From Octopus sinensis (taxonomy: Eukaryota), in the NCBI RefSeq assembly GCF_006345805.1, contig NC_043019.1:13701360-13765359 (forward strand): 64,000 nt of DNA. The letters are read 5' to 3'. The notes under the pieces are model-generated. The model did not search any database and was not told where the DNA came from. It was given only the letters and a program-made list of their open reading frames with translations. Shown here piece by piece: positions 12,542-26,824 of the stretch; within the stretch, counting starts at the first letter, position 1, and each line of letters starts with the position of its first letter. The translations under genes were made by a program, and so were the position numbers.

Positions 12542-13364
12542 ACCCATTCTTCTTTCTCTTTTTTCATTCCTTCTGTCTCTCTTTGTTTCCCTCTCTTTTC
12601 CCTTTACACACATACACACGTGCATAAATATACACGCACATATATGCACACGCATGTATATATATATATATATATATATATACCCGTACATATATACATA
12701 TATACGCATATATGCATATACACATATATACTTATATTCATATATACATGTATATGCATATATGTATATATATATATATATATATACTTATATACATATA
12801 TATACGTACATATATACAGGGGCATATATACATATGTACAAATATACATACGTACATATATACACGTATATAAATGTATACACGTACATCATACAGGCAC
12901 AAATATACACACATACTTATACGCATGTGTACATGTATATTCATATATACATACGTACATATATACACAGATACATATATACACGTGAATATATACACAC
13001 GTACATATATACACGTACATATATACATACACGCACATATATACACACGTACATATATACATGTACATATATAGATACAACTACATATATACACACGTAC
13101 ATATAGACACTTACATATATACATACAGGTACATATATATATACACACGTACATATATACACGTACATATATACACGTACATATATACACATACATATAT
13201 ACATAGAAGTACACATATACACACGTACATATGTACACGTGCATATATACACACTTACATATATACATACAAGTAGATATATATACTCACGTACCTATAT
13301 ACATAGAAGTACATATATACACACGTACATATATACCCGTACATATGTACATACAAATACAGAT

Positions 13365-13396
<32 letters not shown>

Positions 13397-13440
13397 TTAT
13401 AATACACACGTACATATTATATATATATATATATATAATC
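12400..13440. repeat. (CA)/(TA) microsatellite with a ~14-16 bp tatatacacgtaca minisatellite
   Basis: Direct reading. Confidence 0.9.
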
Positions 13441-14139
13441 CATATTCCATTTCACATAATGGTCTTCCTTTGTTCCATGCTAACCAACCCATTTATTAAT
13501 AGAAAACTCTTACGTGCCCTTCAGAATAGTCACGATTTACGAAAACTATAAAATTCAGGAAGAATAAATATCTGCGATAGGAAGTCTATCACCCAAAACT
13601 CTCTGAATAACTTCTCGATGATAGATTTCTTCAAATTCTCCAGTTCAATGCAACATGCACTTTTTCCTAATCGGACAAAATTTTTAACCACAATCTAATA
13701 CGATTGCTTGCTCAGTTCTTCAGAAAAATGACCCTCATTAAAGGGCTGATTAAACTGGCTTCGAAAACCTCAACATCTATTTTTTTTTGTTTTCCTTTTT
13801 TGGTGTATATTTTCTCTTGTGTATAAATTGTCCGAATGCATTTATGAAGCAATTTGCCCAGATATACGTGCGAAATAAAACACACGGCTTCTTTTAGATG
13901 ATTGATATATTCTATTGTAATATATGTGGTAGAGTATATTGCTTTCATATTTTGGCTCAAGACCAGCAAGAATGAAAGGCAAAGTCAACAATCAGCAGAA
14001 TTTGAACTCAGATCGCAGAAAGGGCGAAATGCCGATAAACTTTCTCTCTGGAGTGCTAACGATTCTGTTAGATCATCGTCATACAATTAATAATATATAT
14101 AAGCTATATATATAAATATATATAGATATATATATATAC

Positions 14140-14170
<31 letters not shown>

Positions 14171-14234
14171 GTGGTCCGGGTGAGTCGGGGTTAACCACAG
14201 TAAATAAGGTACTCAATACATGCAGAGTAAAGTA

Positions 14235-14361
14235 ATTTATTTTATAGAAGGAGCTTTTACAGGACTAGAAACTGTTTCATTCAGATGAAATCTTCAGGAA
14301 GCTTCTGAAGATTTCATCTGAATGAAAACAGTTCTAGTCCTGTAGAAGCTCCTTCTATAAA

Positions 14362-14367
<6 letters not shown>
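14235..14367. repeat. Near-perfect fold-back palindrome, ~63-bp arms, with hammerhead-core-like motifs
   Basis: Arms 14235-14297 and 14305-14367 around gaagctt; each arm read outward gives CTGAAGA-TTTCATCTGAAT-GAAA. Confidence 0.85.
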
Positions 14368-14402
<35 letters not shown>

Positions 14403-14667
14403 GTGTGTGTGTGTGTATGGGTGTGTTGTGTGTGTGTGTGTGTGTGTGTGTGTTTGTGTGTGCGTACGTTTTACGTGTGTTGCTTTAAATAATTGTAAAT
14501 AATATAATGTAAATTAAATATACACCATCTTGTAAGAAAAGTACATTAATATTTAATAATTAATGTCATAAAGTTTAATAAGGGGCTCAAATTTCACCAA
14601 TGATAACACTTCCAATCAGTTAAGATCAGAAGCCATGAGAGCCATTGCCTGGTACTGCATCAGGGCA

Positions 14668-14756
<89 letters not shown>

Positions 14757-14847
14757 TTGTTGTTGTTGTTGTTATTATTATTATTATTATTATTTATCAT
14801 CATCATCATCATCATCATATCATCATCATCATCATTATTATTATTTA

Positions 14848-15996
14848 TGGGTTTTTCTTCTTCTTTCAAATTTGCTTCCATTTCTTGCCGAGTGTCTTCC
14901 TGACTCCTAGGGCAAAGAAACTCATAGTATACATTTCTAGGCTATTAAACTAAACTCAGTAGTTCGTTCATTTATATATTATTTTTATTTTTTGATAGAA
15001 ATAAAGTTAAATTAAAATACATGGTTAGTAATAGTTCTCACATCGACAATGCTCTTCTCACTACGTGTGATGTACCAGTTAAGACAATCTTTTGCACTTC
15101 TTGCAGGGTTGGTAAGCCAGGCATCATTCTCATATAATTTTCGCTTCCCTTTTTGATCATTCCTAGTGCTCCTACGATCACTGGTATTGTAACCGCCTTG
15201 AGATGCCACATTTTCTCAATTTCAATGAGCAGGTCTTTATATTGTCTGAGCTTGTCAAATTCTTTCGCCGAGATATTATGATCACAGGGGATGCTCATGT
15301 CGATCAATAAGCAAACTTTATTGTTTTGGTCTTTCACAACAATATTCGGTTTATTGGCTTTGATGGTTCGGTCTGTATGTACAGGAAATCGTTACATTTT
15401 CTCCTTCAATTAAAGCTTCAGGGTGGTGATTATACCACTTGTCGGTTTTGATATTGTAATGTCGACTTATAGCCAGTTGTTGTAGATATGGCCAACTCTG
15501 TCATGTCTTAATTTATACTCCACTGGTGCTCTAAAACTTAATCCAGAGATTAGGTGGTCCACTGTTTCAATCATGTCGTTGCAGAATCGGCATTTGGGTC
15601 TGCTCCATTTTCATCACATGGCCTGGTAGTTCCGGTTAATGGTTAATAGGCTTTGATCTTGAGCAGCCAGGATGAAACCGTCGCTGTCTGTTTTAGCCCT
15701 GAGCTCAGTAGCCACTGATGGGTTTGCTTCTGGTCAACATCAGCTTGTTTGCTGCGGGCCACATATTTGCAGTGCAGAGGTTTCTCCTCCCACCTATCAG
15801 ACAATTGCTCGTGCGCTTTTTTCATTGCCATTATTTTCACCTTCTTTGCAACAATTTTTGCCGTACTTCCCTCGGGTTGTTCAGTTTGGGTATCCTGCAC
15901 GAGATCAATAGCAAATTCTTTGCTTTCCTTTATGATAGAATGAAGCTTCTTTCGTCTCTCGTGATTTTCCACGAGCTTTAGCATCCAGTCATTCGT
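14848..15996 (-). mobile_element. 5'-truncated non-LTR retrotransposon with a restriction-like endonuclease (R4/Dong-like), decayed
   Basis: Minus-strand translation across frameshifts gives WEEKPLH, FILAAQDQSL, a CRFCNDMIETVDHLISG zinc knuckle, YKLRHDRVG and RLE motifs HTDRTIKANKPNIVV...LIDMSIP...KEFDKLRQYKDL, with the stop at 15038. Flanked on both sides by (TAA)n-derived tracts. Confidence 0.88.
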
Positions 15997-16003
15997 ATTA
16001 TTA

Positions 16004-16074
<71 letters not shown>

Positions 16075-16077
16075 TAT

Positions 16078-16129
<52 letters not shown>

Positions 16130-16189
16130 TATTATTATCATTATATTATTATTATATTATTATTATCATTATTATTATTATTATCATTG

Positions 16190-16232
<43 letters not shown>

Positions 16233-16557
16233 TATCATTATTATCATTAGTATTATTACTATTATTATTATATTATCATTATTATTATTATCGTTATTAT
16301 TATTATTATTATTATTATTATCATTATTACTATTATTATCATTATTATTATCATCATCATTATAATTATTATTATTATTATTATTATTATCATTATTAGT
16401 ATTATTATTATCATTATTATTATCACTGTTATTATTATTACTATTATTATTATCATTATTATAATAATAATAATAATTATTATTATTATTATTATCATTA
16501 TTATTATCATCATTATCATTGTTATTATTATTACTATTATCATAACTATCATTATTA

Positions 16558-16594
<37 letters not shown>

Positions 16595-16703
16595 CATTAT
16601 TATTATTATTATTATAATTATTATTATTATTATTATCATTATTATTATCACTGTATTATTATTATTATTATTATTATTATATTATTATCATTATTATTAT
16701 ATA

Positions 16704-16740
<37 letters not shown>

Positions 16741-16832
16741 GATCAGTATCATTATCATCATTATCATTATTATTATTATTACTATTATCATTATTATCAT
16801 TATTATTATTATTATTATTATTAATATTATTA
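15997..16832. repeat. (ATT/ATC)n microsatellite, ~830 bp
   Basis: Direct reading. Confidence 0.97.
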
Positions 16833-17451
16833 TAGGTGGAAGCAATCATGTAGAACTTAATATATACACCAAGTGCAACTTCTGCTATTACATCTAGTAC
16901 TTGAGCGTGTTTTTAGAAGTCATGAATTTGTTTAGTTCTTCAAAACTTTTTAATAGACCATTAACAGTCGGATTTTATTATTGGGAAGAATCAGAGATAA
17001 GAATGGATATGTTTTCACCCAATGCAGATTTTCATATTAATATCCTTTCGAATTATGTTATTTTATTTTTACATTTCTTTGTTTTTTAAAAAATTTTTTG
17101 TGTTGTTTCGATTCTTTGAAAGAAACATATTAATTCTTTAACGATCAAATACGTGGCAATAAATATAGAAGAAAAAAAAAGAGGATAGAATATATATAAA
17201 CCAAAAAGTTTAAAGAAAAGAAGAAAGAAAGCAGAAAATCAAAACAGAGAGATAGAGAATGCATGTTGTGTTTTGTTGCGTATTTGTGAAGGGCGGGCGG
17301 TTGGGATACTTTATTGTTAAACGAATATTATATAAAAATAGAAGTTAAATTAAATGGAAAAAAAATTACTTGGATTATTTTTGTTAAATATTTTTTTTTC
17401 AGTTTTCAAAAGAACAGAAAGGAACACACGCTCACACGCACAGAAACACAC

Positions 17452-17524
<73 letters not shown>

Positions 17525-17873
17525 GTGTATGTATTTATGTTATGTTATGTTACAAATTTAAAATTCGTCTTGTTTATCGCTCCCTCGCAAATATATTTCA
17601 TGTACATTAATAAACAATATAGAAAAAAAAGAAAACACAACAAAACAAAAGAATATAGAACAAAAACACAACAGGCGAGATGGATGAAATATTCATATCT
17701 CGATCACTGAAACTAAGGTTTCAATTACTAATAGCCCGGGATTGTGTCTCGCCGAGTTTGATAACAATCGAAAATTACTTTAAATGTAAAACTTGCGGCG
17801 AAACGATTAAATTTTCTATGAATTCGCAATAATCTTATCAATCAGGTCCATCGATTTCAGTTATTCTATTCTA

Positions 17874-17919
<46 letters not shown>

Positions 17920-18188
17920 ACATCTATACTATATTATATATACACGTATATATATGTATGGATGTATATGTATGCATATATATTATTATTATTGTTACAT
18001 ATATAATATATATATATAATATATATGTATGTATATATAATATATATATATGTATATTATATAATATATAATATATATATATATATTATGAATGTATGTA
18101 TGTATGTTGTATTTTGATTTTTTTTGTATTTTTCTATAGTTTAGCGTAAATCAAGAAGTTAGTCCTAGAAGAATAGGTCTACTTGTTG

Positions 18189-18220
<32 letters not shown>

Positions 18221-18746
18221 AGCGATGCAGTGTAACAAAAATTGCTTTAGAAAAAAAAAAGCGTAGATGTCTTTGTTAATTTCGTAAACACAGGAGACTG
18301 GAATAATGGATGCCCCCATTTCCTTATGTTATTTTTTTTAATGTTTTTTTAATATAATTTTATTATCATTATATTTTTTCTATAAATTCTGAATTACAAT
18401 AACAACTGATAATTGATATCTCTGTTATGGACTAAATGTGTTTTATATTAATATTCGATTACCAGCCACCGAGTTCAATAAATGGTATCGATTCTCTGTT
18501 AGTGGTATATCTCTTCTTTTACGTAAAGTATCGATGTAAGAGATCGAAATCAGCCGCCATCTCAGTTAAATTACTAAATATCTCCATTCAGTTAACGATT
18601 AAATTAAATTTCAGAAATTATCTCCCTTGCCCCTCTTGGCAAGTATTTTCATTAAATCTAATCAAAGATTAAGTTTATTTTCCAGATCTTTACGTTCTGA
18701 GTACAAGTTCCACCGAGGTCAACATGGGATGACATCCCTTCACGGT

Positions 18747-18969
18747 CAATAAGCACAGACACACAGACTTATACAAACACATACACACACATATACATAC
18801 ATACATATATACGACGGGCTTCTTTCAGTTTCCGTCTTCGAAATCCACTCACTAGGCTTTGGTCGGCCCGGGGCTATAGTAGAAGACACTTGCCCAAGGT
18901 GCCACGAAGTGGGGCTGAACCCGGAACCATATGGTTCATAAACAAGCTACTTACCACACAGCCACTCCT
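18747..18969 (-). mobile_element. SINE family A 5' half
   Basis: Aligns to other family A copies; preceded by a family C fragment at ~18685-18750. Confidence 0.85.
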
Positions 18970-20749
18970 ACGACACTTCTACGCATATATTTGTTTGGAA
19001 TAAGATTTTGGATCATGATCGTACAATAATCTGGACTGCAACAAAGCAACCTGTTGAATTGTAGAATACGAAAGCAGGCAATATGGAATTAATAGTTTAG
19101 AAATGTTTATCTCCCAATGCTTTAATCTTCTATTTATTTTCATTGCTAATTTCTCTGATAATTATTATATGTAGAAAGTTGTAATACATAAACCTCTCTA
19201 ATAAATAATCTATAATCGGAACTATATTTAAACATACTGAAATTCTACGTGTTATTGTTTTTGTTCATCTTTTGTCATTTCTTTCTAAATGCCGCATAGA
19301 AAAATATTAAGTAATTCTTCAAACATCATTATTTCGAGAGTTTAGAATTTGACAAGAATTACCTTTGGCAATAAATGTCTGAAATTTTCAGACTTGCAAT
19401 TATCAAGTTGACGTTTATGACTGTAAATTGCTCCATTTTGGTTATAAATTACCGCCATCTTCTATTTGGCATGATGTCAACGTAACTTTCTCGTTTCGTA
19501 ACCTACACAACGCTAATAAAACCTGAGGCGCAAACTATGATTAAATAAATACTGTATAGTCTGAAGTTTAACCGAGTATTATGCTACTAAATGAAGCAAA
19601 CTGAGCAGAATGGAAGTTATCCAACAGATGATATATTTATGTAAGCTTCTTAATACTAATATCAATGATATATTTATTATATCAAAACAAACTGCCGTTT
19701 TGTCAGAAACATTAGATTTATTAATCATTGTCGTAGATGCAGTGATAGATAAAAACAAATATCAGAAAACAATGTTATTGCAATAGAAGAAAAACTCAAA
19801 TTTAATAGCTTTCAGCTGTTAATATTTTCACATTAAGGCGTTTAGTCAGATGTGACGAGACTGTCGCTTTTGCAGGAACATTAGTTGAAGAAAAAAAAAT
19901 GGAGCTCAAGGTTAAGCCCCCCCCCCTAGTTAAAGATCGTTGTAGGGACATGGTAACTGATCCATGTCCGGTCAAGGAAAAACATGACAAGTGTGGAAAC
20001 TTGAGAAATGATTATTAGTGTCTTAATATTATCGTTAATGAGATCTATCAGAGCCAATAGTCACACAGATCAATGAGCAGCGTTTCGGACCGTAACTACA
20101 TTCATTGCCGTTGCTTAGCCACCACTTCTTAATCGACAAACCCTGTAATCAAAAGCTTTCCGGCCGTGACCAACGATTTCACTCTTACCGCCAAAGACTA
20201 TCCACCAACACGATAGGAACTGATTTGAGGCAGATGTCGCTGCTATATCTAACAGGTTGAGCGACTCCATTGATCACCAGCCACCAATTAACTTGGCTTC
20301 GTTTCAGCTCGTTTCTGGGTTTCCTCTATTGTCTATATAACCTTAACATATGCTAATAAATGCTAGGAATTTATACAAAATTATTCAGATTAATGTATCT
20401 AAACCCATAAATATTTTCTTTCCAGAACATATTTCAAAGATTTTCACTCCGTTTCTTACAGAATTAAATATGATTATATTTCGTTTTTGGATTTGGTTTG
20501 CAAGATTCTTTATGTGAGTTCGTGTGTTGAAGTATATTCTGTTGTGTCTGGGGAAAGTAATTTTCTTTTTGTGCCTTATAATTTAACACACTCACCGGTA
20601 AAATTTCCACTTATTTCTTATTTTTATTTTCCTAAAATTTCCGTTGCGACAGAGGTGCATACATATACAAACACATCCTCACACACACACATAAATAAAA
20701 AAATATACAGACACGCACATGCAGGCACATGAATATGCAGAATACATAC

Positions 20750-20886
20750 ATACATGCATATCTATCTATTTGTCTATCTATCTACCATTTATCTATATAT
20801 CTGTCTATCTATCTACCTATCTACCTATCTATCTCTCTATCTACCATTTATCTATCTATCTACCATTCTACCTGTGTATCTATCTG

Positions 20887-20967
<81 letters not shown>

Positions 20968-21068
20968 TTATCTATCTATCTATGTATCTATATCTATCTA
21001 TGTATCTATGTATCTATCTATCGACCATTCTACCTGTGTATCTATCTGTCTATCTATCTATCTATCTA

Positions 21069-21111
<43 letters not shown>

Positions 21112-21207
21112 ATATATATATATATATATAAGGTGTATATATAAGCTATAAAAGATTTTACATGATTGTGTGTATGTACACACACACACACACACACACA
21201 CACGCAA

Positions 21208-21239
<32 letters not shown>

Positions 21240-21250
21240 ACATAGACACA
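20750..21250. repeat. (TCTA)n, (TA)n and (CA)n microsatellites
   Basis: Direct reading. Confidence 0.95.
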
Positions 21251-21828
21251 AACACGCATTCATAGTTACATCCAATCATTTAATCTGTCTTAATTTACCA
21301 GAAATCCATTCCTATTTCTACGCAGGCGGAAGTAGGTAACTGTGCTACAAGAAAACGCTATCGTCAGCTTTGCTATAACTGTACATTCGGCGGCAGCGCT
21401 TTTTTCCCCCCTTTCATTTTCTTAACAATTACAGCAATGTTAAGCCAAAAATATCTTAGTGGTGGGTCGTCACTGTATCAGTGCAATAAATTAAGAGCGG
21501 AGGAGTATTATAAATGAAGATTTTTTATCTGTTTTCTTTTAATATATATTATACTTTTTATTGCGTTATTCTTGCTGACAATTGTTTGCAGAACTTTTCT
21601 TATTAATTCCCCTCGTCTACGCGGTTTCCAGGTCGGTTGATGTAATTCCAACATATGTTGAACGTTGTCAACATCGTGTACGTGGTAGGAGATGTCAAAA
21701 CAAAATGTCATGGAAATAGCGAAAAATATACATAAATAAATAAATAGATAAATAGATAAATAAATGAATGAGATAAAAAAATTATAAATTAATGAAAGAG
21801 AAAAAAACACAGAGAAATTGTGTGTGTA

Positions 21829-21863
<35 letters not shown>

Positions 21864-22106
21864 AAGAGATAGGGAGATAAAGAGAGAGAGGGGGGGAAAG
21901 AGATAGAGAGAGAAAGTGAAAGAGACATACGGACAGAGAAGAGAAACGAAGAGAAATTTACCGTCAGCAAGTCGTTTTATGTGTGTTCCATAGAAACGAA
22001 TATATACATGTGTGTGTGTGTGTGTGTGTGTGTCTGTGTGTGTGTGTATATGTATATATATTTAGATATATATTTATAAATATATTTACACACACACACA
22101 CACACA

Positions 22107-22151
<45 letters not shown>

Positions 22152-22470
22152 CAGCGAATTGCTAAGATGATCTGGTTCTTGACTGATGAAGGAGGATGCT
22201 CGAATGTCCCGTCCTGTGGTTTGTGTGCGTCTTGTGTGTTCATGTTCTTGTCCATGTCTGTAATTAATTTTACTGTTTACCTATATATATATATTAATAT
22301 ATATATGCATATATGTATAAATGGTGTGTACATACTATATATATGTATATATACATAATATAGATATACCATATATATATATATACATAGAGTATTATAT
22401 ATATTATATACATGTATATATATATATATATGTATATATGTATATATATATATACATACATATATATATG

Positions 22471-22505
<35 letters not shown>

Positions 22506-22891
22506 GTGTATGTATATATATATATATATATATGTATGTGTATGTATATTATATATAATATATATATATATATATGTCTATATATGGGGTGGGGCACGTA
22601 TGTATATAGAAAGAACCCAGTGTCATTCTTGTTTAACCTAATTAGATTGTCTCTCTTATGAACTAATTTAAATAACAACTTACACGGCACATTGTTATAA
22701 CTAACTTTTTTCTTCTTCTGGAATGAAGCACCATTTTCTGATATATACGTATATATGTATGCCAATATGTATGTATATATTCATGTGTTTACATATTTAT
22801 GTATGTATGTATGTATTTTTGCACACACACATACTCACACGCACGCACATACACACTCAGTCACACACTTACACACAAACACTTACACACA

Positions 22892-22937
<46 letters not shown>

Positions 22938-23104
22938 AGAGAGAAACGTATAATTATTTTATTAATGGGTTTCGCTTTTATATGCTTACTTTTTATACTA
23001 AAGTACGAATAGACACTCTCATATTCTCTCTCACTCTCTTTTATACTCTCACTATCTGTTTCTCTTTGTATCTATCTATCACACGCACACGCACATTGGT
23101 TCAC

Positions 23105-23409
23105 ATATTCTTTGTAAGTCTAGTACTTATTCTGTCGCTTTATTTTGCCGAACCGCTAGGTTACGGGGACGTAAACACCGCAGCATCTATTGTCAAGCGA
23201 TGTTGAGGGGACAGGCACACAAACATATACACACACGCACATATATATATATATACATATACATATATACGACGGGCTTCTTTCAGTTTCCATCTACCAA
23301 ATTCACTCCCAAGGCCTTAGTCGCCCCGAGGCTATAGTAGAAGACAAGTGTGCAAAATGAACCCGGAACCATGTGGTTCGTAAGCAAGCTACTTACCACA
23401 CAGCCACTT
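23105..23409 (-). mobile_element. SINE family A
   Basis: Aligns to other family A copies, including the microsatellite spacer. Confidence 0.85.
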
Positions 23410-24080
23410 CTATACACACATATACACACATTTGAATAGGGATTTATAAAAATATTTTCAAACCACGTTATTCGTCCATCAAATGACGCATCCATGATAT
23501 TATTGTTAGATTCTATGGCCTATGAAAGTGCGGTCCATCTACACACGTGAACACACACGCATGTGTATGCATTCTGGGTGTATGAGTGTAAATATGTACG
23601 TGTGGGTGTGTACGAATGGGGTATGAACGTGTATGGTTCTGATTATGCACGTGTGGCTATGTATGTGTGAGGTGCGGGTATGTACATGTGGGTGTACATG
23701 TAGATGGACTACCAGACAATGGAGTGGAGGTTAAGAGGTGAAGTAAATATAAGACGATAAAAAACAATGAATAATTACCTTCTATATATATATATATATA
23801 TATACATATGTATACATGTACGTGCATATATATATATATATATACGTACACACATATATATATATATATGCATGATTGCATGTATGTATGTATATGTTTA
23901 TATATATATATGGATATGTATGTATATATGTAAATTTATAAATATATATATATATATATATGAACATGTACCTAAATTGACTATTGTCTTCTATGTATGC
24001 ATGTATATATGAATATGTATATGTATGTATATATATATATATATATATGTGTGTATATATGTATATACACACATACACAC

Positions 24081-24115
<35 letters not shown>

Positions 24116-24758
24116 TATATATATATATATATATATACATAAACATGTACTCAAATTGACTATTGTTTTCTAGGTAGACAAAAGCATAATGAATAATGGG
24201 TGTCACGTAAACACACCAACATCGGGTGTCAAGTGATGTTGAAATTAAATACTCGCTTCTTCAGATGAACCTTTCAATTTTAATCTCTTAATATCTATCT
24301 ATCTACATACATACTTATTTACATACGTACATACATACATACATACATACACATGTATAAATATGTGTATATGTGTGTGTGTGTCCGTCAGGTCTGTGTC
24401 TATATCTAGTTGTATATATGTATGTATATATGTGTGTATGTAAGTATGTGTATATATATATATAATGTATGTATAAGCTTTAGTCAGCCCGAGGCTATAG
24501 TAGAAAACTCTTTCCTGCCCAAGGTGCCACGGAGTGGGACTGAACCTGGAACCATGTGGTTGGTAAGCAAGCTACAAACCACACAGCCACTCCGTCAATT
24601 TTCTTCGTATTTTTACAGATATGAATCGATATACTTTTTTCTTTTAATCTTTTTTGTTTTCTTTCATTTTTAGTGTTATGTATATAGTTTACAGAAAAGG
24701 ACAAAATTTCTCGCTCTATATCATGCACTCACACATATATACAAGATTAAACAAATAT

Positions 24759-24931
24759 TTGCAGCGTGGAAGGTGTTTGTAAGCCATTTAAGAAACACAC
24801 AAAAGCTGTTCGATTCACTTCAACATTTAAGTTTAATTTGTCAAAATATTTTCGTCGCTTTCAGACCGCGACCTGTTCGAACGGCTTTTGTGTGTGCCTT
24901 AAATGGCTTACAAACACCTTCCACGCTGCAA
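24759..24931. repeat. Fold-back inverted repeat, 55-bp arms, 63-bp spacer holding a truncated hammerhead-like motif
   Basis: Arms 24759-24813 and 24877-24931 differ at 3 positions. The minus strand of the spacer reads GAACA-G-GTCGC/ggtctgaaa/GCGAC-GAAA-ATAT-TT-TGACAAA. Confidence 0.85.
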
Positions 24932-25894
24932 TTGCTTTCGTTTCAGCACACGATCTCAGATCAAATCACTTGCTATGCAAGTACATCTCAGTAAACAAAT
25001 ATTACTTTATGGCTATTGCGGATATGCGCCAAAATAAAAGGGGCCCCTAATGGTATTTTCTATAATTCCACTCCCGCCGGTCCACAAGGGTTAATTCCCC
25101 TGAAGAAACGTTTTCATGATGTAATCGTGTAATCAATAAAAAACATGCCTGAAAAAAATGAATCTTAACTCATTTTTGTCTTTCTCTATGCAAATATTAG
25201 ACCCGGAATCTTCCATGCATTCGATCTGTATCTCACAGTGGATCATAGAACAGCATGTCGTCTTGAATGTGTATAATTTCATTGCATGAACAGTTATATG
25301 AATGTGTATATTGATTTGTTCATGTGTATGTATATGTAAGTGTTGGGACATGTCTGTGTATGTTTTGATATATGCGTGAGTGACCAGATACGATATATAT
25401 GCACGGAGCGCTTATCTCGACCCTGACTTGATGTCCTTATTAAAATACCACGATTCAAACGAATCTTACGACGAATTAATTATGTATGCGTGCATGTGCG
25501 TATATCTGTGTGTGATGGAGGTGTGTGTGTTTATCTAAAAGTACGCATGTGCTGACTTGCACTCTGAACTCCTGATGGAGTCACGGGATGATACCTCATG
25601 ACATGTTGCATGTCTAGAGCATTCTTAAGGCCTCACAGTCCCCCCACCCACGCATATGCTGATATATATAAATATACATACAGAATTATATATTTGTATG
25701 AATTTATTTTATTATAAATGCAAAAGAGAATAGAGGAATCGACGCAAGCTAAAATAATAAACCGCGATAGGTGAACCGCGATATGGTGAGAGATTATTCT
25801 ATATGTATGTATATATATATATATATATATATAGACGCCGAGGCAGACACTTCCATCAATATGTATGCATATCTTTCTTTCTCGCTTTCTCTCA

Positions 25895-25926
<32 letters not shown>

Positions 25927-25927
25927 G

Positions 25928-25988
<61 letters not shown>

Positions 25989-26824
25989 TGTATGTATACA
26001 TACATATGTATACATACATATATATCCACCCGCATACACAGGATTTCGTCTTATGGGTTTTCAAACAGTACGGGGTATTTTTAAAAACCATTTACAGACA
26101 TAGGCGATGGCAATAAAGCTGCCGGAGGACAGGAATCAGAATAAAAATAAAAATGAAAATTGATTCTTATATCAGAATAGCGCCAATCGAATGTTTTAAC
26201 AATTTACTTGAAAATATATTAGAAACACGCAGTCATATGTAAATTTATACCAAATAATTAAACAAAGTTATACATACATTGGTATATTTATTATGTTATT
26301 TGTTAAGAAATAGTTTTTGTTCGAAGAATTATTTAAATCTGTGTGGAATTAGTAAAGCTTTAGAATCGACAAAAACTAAACGAACGATATTTTTAGAGTT
26401 TAAAAATTCGAGGTGTTAATTCGATTTGGAATAGGATGTAACTTAGTTAGTAAACCCGTGTGTAAGCTACGTTGAGTTTATGGTTAATTAAATTAATGAA
26501 TCATAGCTGTGAAAAATTATATTCATTGTAAGATGTTTATTGGGAACATAGGAAATGATACACAAATTTACAGATGAAAAATACCGAGGTTATACGTACA
26601 AAGATCTATCTATCTATCTATCCATCTAATTATCTATCGATTTAATTATCTATCTATCTATCTATCGATCGATCTATCTATCTATCGATCGATCTATCTA
26701 TCTATCGATCGATCTATCTATCTAATTATCTATCTATCTATTTAATTATATATCTATCTATATATACATACATACATGTACACACACACACACACACACA
26801 TATATATGTATGTATATATGTATT

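Noticed and set aside
22178-22215. CTGATGA-AGGAG-gat-GCTC-GAAT hammerhead-like string
   Set aside because: GAAA is incomplete and no stem I can be formed in this copy.
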